64,000 bases of DNA from Octopus bimaculoides (taxonomy: Eukaryota): the NCBI RefSeq assembly GCF_001194135.2, contig NC_068981.1, positions 182,570,614 through 182,634,613 on the forward strand. The letters run 5' to 3'. The notes beneath the pieces were generated by a model. That model was not told where the DNA came from. It saw only the letters and a list, made by a program, of their open reading frames with translations, and did no database searches. The first letter of the stretch is position 1, and every line of letters starts with the position of its first letter. Both the position numbers and the translations under genes were made by a program. This document shows, one piece after another, positions 11,570 to 22,200 of this stretch.

Positions 11570-11646
11570 TTAATATTGCTATTGTTAAGAAATCATATTT
11601 AAAATATTTTAAAATATGTTTTTCTCTCTCAAATCTGCTACTGAAG

Positions 11647-11789
11647 GGATGAAAAGTATCAACATTTGAAAAGCCGTCTTCCGATAGATCCTACAGTAGA
11701 ATTTCGACCAGTGGATCCTGAAGAAATGCTGAGAACTAAAACCTTACCACCGAGAAGACTAACCTGGGTGAAACAAATAGAAGATATGA
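11647..11789 (+). CDS. ACOT8: ACOT8-like coding exon
   Basis: ctgaAG|G..ATGA|GTaagt; encodes DEKYQHLKSRLPIDPTVEFRPVDPEEMLRTKTLPPRRLTWVKQIEDM; ExRPV and W-V-K/R motifs; phases 2/1. Confidence 0.88.
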
Positions 11790-12194
11790 GTAAGTTTAAC
11801 CTTGTCTTATATTCTATGAACACAAACAATAAAATATTTGAAATGAAAGAAAACCACTTATAGCCACTCTTTAAGCATGTGACATTTTATCTTGTATCAG
11901 TCATTAGACTACGGCTATGCTGGGGCACTGCCTTGACTTTTTATTGAACAAATCAACCCCATTACTTTTTTTTTTAAACTTGATACTTATTCTATCAGTT
12001 TCTTTAGCCAAGCTGCTAATTTACAGGGATGTAAACACACCAACAGTGGTTATGGAGGACAAAAACACACATATGTAAACTTACTTGGAAATGGATGCAT
12101 CACATTCAATTAAATAATAAATAATATATATATATATATATATATATTAATATTTCTAGATCTCTCTAAATGAGACTTCGGCAGCTGTACTGGA

Positions 12195-12284
12195 TATTAA
12201 TAGTTATCGCCAAGCTAATATGGCAGCCCAGCATTCATCTTATTTTCTTGGACTGCCATGTTAGCTTGGCGATAACTATTAATA
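12195..12284. repeat. Short near-perfect palindrome (36-bp arms)
   Basis: tattaatagttatcgccaagctaatatggcagccca / tggactgccatgttagcttggcgataactattaata; 2 mismatches; 18-nt loop. Confidence 0.9.
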
Positions 12285-12416
12285 ATATATATATATACAT
12301 GTATATATGGGTACAGGATATTACCAACGGTGCAAACAACATTAAATATGTAAACAAGAAAAAAATGGAAAACAGGACAAATAAACACAGAGAAAGGGCC
12401 CTTCATTAGTTGTCGG

Positions 12417-12450
<34 letters not shown>

Positions 12451-12527
12451 NNNNNNNNNNNNNNNNNNNNNNNNNNNNNNNNNNNNNNNNNNNNNNNNNN
12501 NNNNNNNNNNNNNNNNNNNNNNNNNNG

Positions 12528-12852
12528 TATGGCTCAGTGGTTAGAGCGTCGAGCTTACAATTGCGAGGTTGTGAGTTCGAATCCCGGACCGGGCTGCGTG
12601 TTGTTCTTGAGCAAGACACTTAATTTCACGTTGCTCCAGTTCACTCAGCTGTAGAAATGAGTTGCGATGTCACTGGTGCCAAGCTGTATCGGCCTTTGCC
12701 TTTCCCTTGGATAACACTGGTAGCGTGAAGAGGGAAGGCCGGTATGCATCGGCGACTGCTGGTCTTCCATAAACAACCTTGCCTGGACTTGTGCCTTGGA
12801 GGGTAACTTTCTAGGTGCAATCCCATGGTCAGTCATGACCAAAGGGGGTCTC
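12528..12852 (+). mobile_element. tRNA+CORE-like SINE, family D
   Basis: A box tggctcagtgg, B box gagttcgaatcc, CORE-like cttgagcaagacacttaa..cagttcactcagctgtagaaatgag; tail ends gaccaaagggggtctc. Confidence 0.8.
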
Positions 12853-13885
12853 AGCATATATACAATGGGCTTCTTTCAGTTTTTGTCTGAGAAGGCTTTG
12901 ATTGGCTCGAGGCTATAGCAGAAGACATTTGCCCAAGGTGCCATGCAGTTGGACTGAACCCGGAATCATGGGCTTAATTTCTTTGGGGTTGAATATACTG
13001 TTTAGGTAAGAAGTACCAACATAAATATCTGTTGAATTTAGCGGCAAGAGTTGGCAGTTCTCTTACACTGTGCATAGGAGGGAGGGTTGAGACTGTAACA
13101 AAAGCAAGGTTCTCCAAACTCTTGAAGTTATACCCATGCACAGTCATGGTGGTGTGGTAAGAAATTTTATTTCTCACCCACATGGTTCCAAGTTCAACTC
13201 CATTGCATGGCACCTCGAGTGTCTTCTACTATAGCCCCAAACCAAAACTTGAGAGTGGATTTGCTAGACGGAAGCTGAAAGGAACTCATCATATAAATGG
13301 CACATAAAAAGCACCATTTAAGCGTGGCTGATGCTAATGCTGCCTGACTGGTACCTGTGCTGGTGGTACGTAAAAAGTACCATTCGAGTGTGGCACATAA
13401 AAAGCACCCACTACACTCTCAGAGTGGTTGGTGTTAAGAAGGGTATCCAGCTGTAGAAACATTGCCAGAACAGATTGGTGCCTGGTGCAGCCTCCCGGTT
13501 TGTCAGTCCTCAGTTAAACCATCCAACCCATGCCAGCACGGAAAGCAGACATTAAACGATGATGATAATGACGTGTGTCTGTTTGTGTCCTCTCCCACCA
13601 TGTAACAACTGGTGTTGGTTTATTTACATCCCTGCAATTTAGTAGTTCAGCAAAAGAAATCAGCACAAAGTACCAGACTTGACAAAACTTTAGTACTAGG
13701 GTCAATTTCTGAGCTTAAAACCCTTCAAGGTGGTGCCCCAACACAGCTGCAATCCAATGACTGAAACAAGTAAAAGATAAGACTTCAAAGATATTTAAAG
13801 GCAAATACGTAGCAATTATCTTATTATTTTGATATAACAACAAAATTTACTAATATTTAATATCACATGTTTTTGTATGTGTACC

Positions 13886-14138
13886 AGTGGCATGTAAAAA
13901 GCACCATTCGAATGTGGCCGATGTCAGTGCCACTTGACTGGCTCCCATGCTGGTGGCATGTAAAAAGCACCCACTTCACTCTTGGAGTGGTTGGCGTTAT
14001 GAAGGGCATCCAGCTGTAGAAACCTTGCCATATCAGATTGGAGCCAGGTGCAGCCTCCTGGCTTGTCAGTTCTCAGTCAAACCGTCCAACCCATGCCAGC
14101 ATGGAAAGCGGACGTTAAACATAATGATAATGATGATG
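13886..14138 (+). mobile_element. (GAT)n-tailed RTE-related non-autonomous retroelement, family E
   Basis: tggca(c)gtaaaaagcacc modules, gaagggcatccagctgtagaaac, ccaacccatgccagcatggaaagcggacgttaaa(gat)n. Other copies at about 13298-13568(+), 16250-16425(-), 38600-38928(+), 40315-40530(-), 50610-50875(-), 56280-56480(+). Confidence 0.75.
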
Positions 14139-14153
14139 TGTTCAATGTTTCAG

Positions 14154-14348
14154 GTGAAATGAATCAAAATTGGCACAGGTGTAATCTTCTATACCTATCT
14201 GATTACATCCTACTCACAACTTCGCTCCTACCAAACAAAGATCCATTTATGAAAACCTTTCTAGTTTCGTTGGATCACTCGGTATGGTTTCACAATGATA
14301 TTGATGTTAATGAATGGTTGCTTTATGAAACAGAAAGTTCTTACGCAG
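14154..14348 (+). CDS. ACOT8: ACOT8-like coding exon carrying the catalytic Asp region
   Basis: tttcAG|GT..GCAG|GTaagt; encodes EMNQNWHRCNLLYLSDYILLTTSLLPNKDPFMKTFLVSLDHSVWFHNDIDVNEWLLYETESSYA(G); YxSDY and SLDHSxWFH are TesB/ACOT8 signatures. Confidence 0.95.
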
Positions 14349-14879
14349 GTAAGTACAAATTATTTTCTTTTCTTTTCTTCCTTTTTTATGACAGCAAACT
14401 GGCAGAATTGTTACTATGCTAGGCATTTCATTTGTCTTTACATTCCAAGTTCAAATTCTGCCAAGGTCGACTACATTTCTTCCTTTTGGTGGGGTTGATA
14501 AAATAAGCACCAGTTGAGCTCTGGAACTAATGTAACCGACTTAACCCATCCCCGAAATTGCAGGCCTTGTGCCAAAATTTGAAATCAATATTTTTGTTCC
14601 TTTTTCATCACCATAGGCAGTCATGGCTATGTGGTTAGGAATCCCACTTCAGTCACATGATTTTGGGTTCAGTCCTACTGTATGGCCCTTGGGTAAGTGT
14701 CTTCCTACAATGCCCCGGGCTGACAGATACTTTGTAAGTAGACTTGGTAGATGGAAACCAAAAGAAAAATTTTGTATGTATGAGTCTGTCTGCCACCATC
14801 ATTTGATAACTGGTGTTAGTTTGTTGATGTCCTCATAACTTAGCAGTTCAGCAAAAGGATCACTAGAATAAGTCCTGGG

Positions 14880-15055
14880 CGAGCTGGCAGAAATGTTAGC
14901 ACGCCGGGCAAAATGCTTATCCGCCAAGGTCGACTTTGCCTTTTATCCTTTAGGGGGTCGATTAAATAAGTACCAGTTACGGACTGGGGTCGATATAACC
15001 AACTTAATCTGTTTGTCTCCTCTGTGTGTAGCCCCTTGTGGGCAGTAAAGAAATA
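14880..15055 (+). mobile_element. Family-B SINE nested inside a family-A SINE
   Basis: Perfect 15-bp TSD agaataagtcctggg at 14865-14879 and 15056-15070. Confidence 0.9.
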
Positions 15056-15343
15056 AGAATAAGTCCTGGGGTGAACTTTTTCAACCAAACCTGTCGAGGT
15101 GGTGCTCCAGCACAGGCACAATCCAATAAGTGAAAAAAAAACCCAGATACATTAGCTTCCATTTACAACTGGTACCTAAATCTATCAAACCTGGTAACAT
15201 TTTAATTACACAAATAATAGATGCTGTAAGACAGGTTTAGCCAAACATGCTGCATTTCTCTTAACTCATCATTACAATTTATTTTTCTGGGATACATTTA
15301 AAAGATTTATTACCAATGTTCTTTCTTTCTTAAATGTTGACAG

Positions 15344-15453
15344 GTAATGGACAGAGTTTCAATACTGGACGCTTCTGGTCTAAAGATGGCACTTTGCTTG
15401 CAACAATTTCTCAGTCTGGCATGGTCAGAAAACTGAAGGAGGCATCTCTATAA
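15344..15453 (+). CDS. ACOT8: ACOT8-like terminal coding exon
   Basis: ttgacAG|GT; encodes GNGQSFNTGRFWSKDGTLLATISQSGMVRKLKEASL*, TAA at 15451-15453; GRxWxxDGxL..QxG motif. Confidence 0.93.
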
Positions 15454-17262
15454 AGTCACATCCTTTATGGAAATATATTTGGATAACCATATTTCAATGT
15501 GCATAAGGAACCTCCTAATTTTGGGGGCTTAAAATTTGGAAAAATGGTTTCGTATTCCATACTTTTTTTGAAGGTCTTGTAAGAAATTATATTATCCATG
15601 TTTAAGAAACCCCTAAATTTTTTTAAGCTAATTAAAAAAAAAAAAAGATTGCTTATACACGTTAAAATATAGTATACAGGTTTTCAGTGATTTGAAATTA
15701 ATTACTAGAGTACCTTCGTAAGTCACAATGGTCCAGAATAATTAAGGTTGATAGATCTAGGCAAACTGAGACAAAATGTTTCTACACCAATCAGAGAGAC
15801 AGCCTTAATTATCTGTAATATACTCTATTTCTTCACACTAACCTTTAAATATTCTGCTCTGAGATTTTACATAACCAAATTATTAATTATAATTATATCT
15901 CTCCAACATATCGTTAACCTTTCTTCACTTGACATGAAGCTACATCAATACTATTCCTTAAGTTAAGGACTCATCTTGCAAGTTAGTTGGCAAACTTGCT
16001 ACTGCTGGCGCCATGTAAAAAGCACCCTGCACACTGAAGTGGTTGATGCTAAGAATGGCATCCAAAGCAGACATTGGAGCACAGTGTAATCTTTGGACTT
16101 GGATCTTGTTATATTGTCCAACCCATGCTGGCATGGAACATAGATGTTAAATAATGATGAATTAGACACTGTGTGTGTGTGTGTGTGTGTGTACACATAT
16201 ACATACTGGGCCATTGAAGAGGTTTAAGTGAATATCATCACTGTTTAACATCCGTTTTCCATGCTGGCATGGGTTGAATAGTTTGACTGAGATCTAGAGA
16301 GCCACCAGCTGCACCAGCCTCCAATATGATCTGGTAATATTTCTACAGTTGGATGCCCTTCCTAATCCCAACCACTCCAAGAGTGTAGTTGGTGCTTTTT
16401 ACGTTCCACCAGCACAGGAGCCAGTCAGGCAGGCCGCCAATAACGAAACATGAGCTTTCAAGCTTATGAATCAGCAACTTGTATGTAAAATTCACTCATT
16501 TCTGAAAGAAGTGTGAATTACTAGGAGACTTTTGTAAATTCAACTGAATAAAAAAAAAAATTTTTTTTTTAATAAATGCAAACATTTTGAACAGTGATGT
16601 TGTAAACTACGCAGATTCAAAGTGAAATTTTAAAAAATCAATTTTTGAGTTGCAGAAAGCAAAATTGAAGACAAAACTGAATAAAGAGGAAAATTAAACT
16701 TTTATTGATTTTGTTATTTAATTTCCATTTAATTCAAAATTCAATTTCAAATGAAGTCCCAAATTCAGCATATCTAAGTGAAGAACTAAACAGAAATGCT
16801 CATAACAGCCTAAAATATATTACAAAATATATATTTTTTTAACCTCTATTTTATCCATATCCTAAGTGCAGACCTGGCTGTGTGGTAAGAAGTTTGGTTC
16901 TGGGTTCAATCCCACTGCATGGCATGTTGACCAAGTGTCTCTTTATAACCTTGGGCCAACCAAAGCCTTGCAAGTGAATTTAGTAGATAGAAACTGAAAG
17001 AAGTCCATTGTATGTATGTGTGTTTATCCTCCACCACTGCTTGACAACCAGTGTTGGTATGTTTATGTCCCTGTAACTCAAAATAAGTACAGGCATTAAA
17101 AGAAGAAAATAATGGGATTGATTCATTTGATTAAAAATTCTTCAAGGTGGTGCCACAGCATGACTGAAATGTATAGAAGTTAAGATCATCTTTGAGTTTT
17201 TCTATATACCCAACAGAATATATTAAAATAAGTGGAATAATTCTATGCATATCTATGGAATT

Positions 17263-17639
17263 CAGTGGAGGCGCAATGGCCCAGTGGTAGGGCAGCGGAC
17301 TCACGGTCATAGGATCGCGGTTTCAATTCCCAGACCGGGTGTTGTGAGTGTTTATTGAGCGAAAACACCTAAAGCTCCACGAGGCTCCAGCAGGGGATGG
17401 TGGCGAACCCTGCTGTACTCTTTCTCTCACTCTTACTTCCTGTTTCTGTTGTGCCTTTAATTCAAAGGGTCAGTCTTGTCACACTGTGTTACGCTGAATA
17501 TCCCCGAGAACTACTTTAAGGGTACACGTGTCTGTGGAGTGCTCAGCCACTTGCACGTTAATTTCACAAGCAGGCTGTTTCCTTGATCGGATCAACTGGA
17601 TCCCTCAACGTTGTAAGCGACGGAATGCCAACAACAACA
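17263..17639 (+). mobile_element. tRNA-derived SINE, family C, full length
   Basis: A box tggcccagtgg, B box ggtttcaattcc, (AAC)n tail; 12-bp TSD atctatggaatt at 17251-17262 and 17640-17651. Confidence 0.9.
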
Positions 17640-18120
17640 ATCTATGGAATTAACTTCTGGAATATCATGGCACTACATAAGTGCAGGTGACTGTGATTAA
17701 GAAGTTTGTTCCCCAACCACCTGGTTTCAGGCTCAGACCTACTACATGACACTTTGGGCAAGTGTCTTCTATAGCCCTGATAGATTGGATTTAGTAGATA
17801 GAAACTGAAAGAAACAGGTCATGCTTGTGTGTGTGTTATGGTTTCGTTGGTTTGTGAATGAGTATCACTATCATTGAAAATATCCATTCACAACTTTGTG
17901 TAAATATGCCTGGTCACAGGGAAATATTACCTTACTTGGAAACAGGTGAAGGATGGCAACATGAAAGGCATCCGGCTGTAGAAAAATTTGTCACAACAAA
18001 TTTCATTCAATCGTGGAAAAGTGGATGTTAATACACATAAAATAAAAAAAAACAACAGAGCAAAGTCTATTTAGAAGGTATTTATTTAAAAAAGTATCTT
18101 AATTATTGTGAGTTCATTGG

Positions 18121-18153
<33 letters not shown>

Positions 18154-19261
18154 AAGCTAGCAGCAGCAGAGAGTAAGAGAGCAAGGAAATAACAAAAACA
18201 CAAACATACTTAAATGAATGTTTTCTATTAATTTACACCCACCAGCAAATTTTTCTTTTTTTTTTTATAAGTAATTTTGTTAAGATTTCAAATTTAATCT
18301 TTGTCTGTCAAAAAAAAAAAAAAAAAAAACCAAAAAAAAAACACTGCCACCAAACCATTGTAATTAAGACTATACTCTGTGTATAAACCTATTAGGTAAA
18401 ATGGCACCTATTGTTCAAATAAGAACAATATTTATATATGAATCATTAAAACAAAATGTGTATGTGTTTTATCTTTTGGATATGTGCATATGGTCTTATA
18501 TGTACAGCCTAGTTTGCATAGTTTTAGGTAGCATTAAAAGATATCTGGCAGTTAAATAATCTCCAATTTTCCTTTACCAAGATAGTATAATACAGACAAC
18601 CCATGATCCAGAAGGCAACAGTAAACTATGAATGATTTTTCTTCTTTTTTCTGAAAAGGTGTGGCAGTTAGAACCAAGGAGGTTGTCAGTAGAAGTATCC
18701 GGGTTCCCTGAATACACTGGTGCATGGCTTAATGAGAGAGAGAGAGAAAGGGGAAGAGGAACATTGAGCAATTACAGTACATAGAGCATAGGCAAAGTCA
18801 TGTCTGATTTTTATATTCCTGTTCTTGCTCAATGACAGTCTCCGTATATTTTTGGCAGTGAGTGATGTGCTAACAAAGATTGCTGCACGGAGTATATTTC
18901 AGAGAACTGGAGAGGAGATCTTGCACCATGCTTATCAGAAAGCTGGGCAAATAAATGCCCTATGAAGGAACCTTGCCATATGAACTGTCAGAGAAAGATG
19001 AGCAACTGTATGAAGTAGGCTTTCTAAAAAGGAGGAGAGAAAATAATCACTTTTTTAAAATTATATTTTAAATATCGAAACTACCATTATTTCATTTCCA
19101 AGATGACAACTACAATTTTTTTACCTGGTCAGCATCTCCAGCAGAGCCGAATTGTGTGTCTGAGTAGCAGAGGTGGTAAACATGGCGTTAAAATTTAGGA
19201 AAACAATTGAAGAATAGCAACAAAAGTTTTTAAAAAGAAAAAGCTTTCCAGTTTCTCTTTC

Positions 19262-19308
<47 letters not shown>

Positions 19309-20356
19309 ACAGAAATCTTTCATTCATATCAGAGAGAGAGAGAGAGAGTGTGTGTGTGTGTGTGTGGTGAGCAAGGTGAAAAGGAAAACGAAAGTAACAG
19401 TGTGGATGTATGACAGGAAGAGATATGAGGAGAAAGAAAAGGCAATACAGCACAAGGATGGGACAGAGCAAAAAGAGGAGGGGGAAAGGGAATGTAATGA
19501 GAGAGAGAGAGATGATGTGTATACTACTGAAAGCGATGAACTAAAGGGAAGATGATGAAAGAACGAAAGAGAGGAGGTTAAGAGAAAAAGCTGTCATTGC
19601 TTTAAAAAAAAAAAAAAAATTTAAATAAAATAAAATAAAAAGCACTTTTACACAACTAATCAACTTCATGCTTTTATTGACACAGTTTCTGGTATTTTTC
19701 TGAAAATATATTAAAGTATCAAGCACATATATTTCATTGTCCAAGAGGAGAGAGAAAGAGAATGTGTGTGAGTGTGTGTTTTGGTGGATGCATGTGCAAA
19801 TTTACGAAAATCATAAAGCAAACTCTGCTACCTAATGGTTATAGTTTGTTTCACGTCGAAACACTCCTACATGGCAGCTCATCTCTCCCTCCCTCCCTCT
19901 TTCTTTCTTTCCTTCACACATGCGCGTGCATACGCACGCACGCACACACACACACATTTCAGGTGGCAGAAAGACGAGATGGCTAAATATCAAATTTAAG
20001 AGATGCTTGATGTGAAGAATGGAATGAAAAGGAACGAGTTCTTTTCAGATTATTATTAGTAGTAGTATAATCTTTATACTTATTCTTTTTGGAATGGACA
20101 CTGTTGCATGCAGTTTCTCAAATGCAAGCAGCAGATGTATTTGTGAAGTGGTGGTGGTGGTGGTTGTAAATAATGCCTGGCAGTAGAGGATATGGCAATG
20201 ATGTGTTAGGATGGTTAATAATGAATCTTCAACTATAAAAGTTAAGAAGTGCTTTATGATGAAGTGGCAGTGGTCAGCAAAAGGCTTTCAACTGATTTAA
20301 GCCCTTTCTTTTCGTCTGTTTCTTGTTTATTTCAGGTGTTCCGTGGTCGTCATCGT

Positions 20357-20558
20357 TCAATACATACCCAGTTCTTCTTTTAAGTTTTCCAACACACTCA
20401 TTGTGCGCTGCACCACCTCTGGTCCAATTAGGCTAAAATCAAACAAATTCACCATGTGGAGCATGAAATTGCGAGTTAAGTTCTTTCTGATGATTGCTTC
20501 TCCATGTTCTTCCATAAATGTCATGCAAGCTGTTGGTATTTGACAATCAGCAATGTAA
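20357..20558 (-). CDS. SUZ12: SUZ12 terminal coding exon, VEFS box end
   Basis: ttctAG|T; encodes (N)YIADCQIPTACMTFMEEHGEAIIRKNLTRNFMLHMVNLFDFSLIGPEVVQRTMSVLENLKEELGMY*, TGA at 20359-20357. Confidence 0.95.
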
Positions 20559-21020
20559 CTAGAAGAAATGGAGAAATAGAAATGCTCAGTGGGAATTAAT
20601 TAAGACGCAAAAGAAACAAACACACACGTGGAATTAATGCTTGTAGATCTTGTTGCCTTTATAATAGTCAGAAGAAAGGAGAGGCTGCATCTGACCATTT
20701 ACTGGCTGTCTCAAACAAGCGAGATTGATGAGGATTAATGTTCAGCATGTTGGGAAAATGTAAAAAGAGAGAGTGTGTCACAGTGGTGAGAGAGGTAGGT
20801 AGAGAGGTGAAACATGTGTGGAAGAGCAATATAGTGAGAAAGGATGATGGAGTGATTGAATATGGACAGATCAAATGGCAATTATTTGTTACACAACATG
20901 GTACAGTAGTAAGGTAAGTGAGCGATAGATGAGAGGGTAATGAATGGGGCAAATATCATCGAGTCTTGACAGCAATACAATAGGCAAGAGACTCCATGCA
21001 GATATATTAAATATCTCAAT

Positions 21021-22200
21021 GATCACCACCACCATTTCAATGTCCATTCTGGTCATGCATGCTCTGGTAGATGGAATTTGCCCACCACTGCCTGTTGCCA
21101 CTCGTCACAATCCTTTGTCATCTTGAAGTTCAATAACTTGAGATCAGTATTCACCATTTTGTCCCATATCTTCCTCAATCTCCCTCTTCCATAGCTTCCA
21201 ACCACTTTAAGCACTTGGCTCTTTTTGTTTTTTTATACAAGCGATATCATTCATATGCATTACATGCCCACACCATTAAATCCTCTCAGCACATTTCTGC
21301 TGTGTTGGTCATGCACACCAGCATTACACATCCAACAGCACAAGCTTGCCTAATTTTCCATATTCAAAGCCCATATCTTGCTATCATGCAACATTTCATT
21401 TCAGACTCAAGCACCATACAATCTGCTCTTTATTTTGAGAGAAAGAGAGAAACCTTTGTTATTAGCAGTGGAAACAGCACCCTGAGCTTTTTCTTTGACT
21501 ACTATGCTTTCAAAGCCCCCATCTCCACCACTGATTAAGTTTCCCCAGTAACAAAAGATAATCAACTACTTCTGAGAATTTGAAGAAATTTATTCTGACA
21601 GCTAACTGCCCCTTTGCACATGCCAAATATGAAGCCCCGTTTCTCTGCCAGCCTGCTTTCAATCCCACTACATCTCTTGTGTATCTGTAGGTTACACTGA
21701 GAATTCCTAGCTACACCTTTTCTGCATATTGAGTACAGTCACTTCCGTCAAGGTAAAAGAGACTTTGTTCTCTTCCTTACTAAAACTCAAGTCTTTTCCC
21801 CAGTTTAATTTGAGGTCTTTCAATTCCAAGCTTTGCTTCTCTGCAAGGAATTTCTTCTCTAAATCTGCAGCAGATTCTGCGATAAGAACTAAGTTCACAA
21901 GAAATCTTACATATAGAGGATAATGTTAACTCCTTCTATGGCTGGAGGACTATAATGAATTCAATAGAGCAGACTAAACTCAATGGTAACTGTACTTCTT
22001 TACATGGCTTGTAATTCTCTTACAACCCATTTATCTACCCCTAGTTTTTTTTGTTTTTTTTTAGTGAATACCAGATTACTGGCTATATGGGTTCACTCCT
22101 ATCAAAGTACTTCTTTAGTTGTTTTCATCGAGCATAAATGATGCCTCCTACCAACACAACGCCAGACTATATCCCTTGTAGGCTAAATCTGTTCCTAATC
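21021..22200 (-). mobile_element. Decayed RTE-clade LINE (RT to 3' end)
   Basis: Frameshifted segments IWYSL..KLGVDKWVVR, LVLIAESAADLEKKF, a Cys-rich stretch with HKRCSG, WCGHVMHM and GRGRLRKIWD; ends aatggacattgaaatggtggtggtgat. Confidence 0.75.

Noticed and set aside
12528-12590. tRNA-like A/B boxes (also at 17267 and 10490)
   Set aside because: No complete cloverleaf or terminator; they continue into SINE bodies, so they are not tRNA genes.
20320-20543. Strong plus-strand acceptor-like sequence and a 66-aa ORF antisense to the last SUZ12 exon
   Set aside because: Explained as the shadow frame of a real exon; no partner donor or protein similarity recognised.
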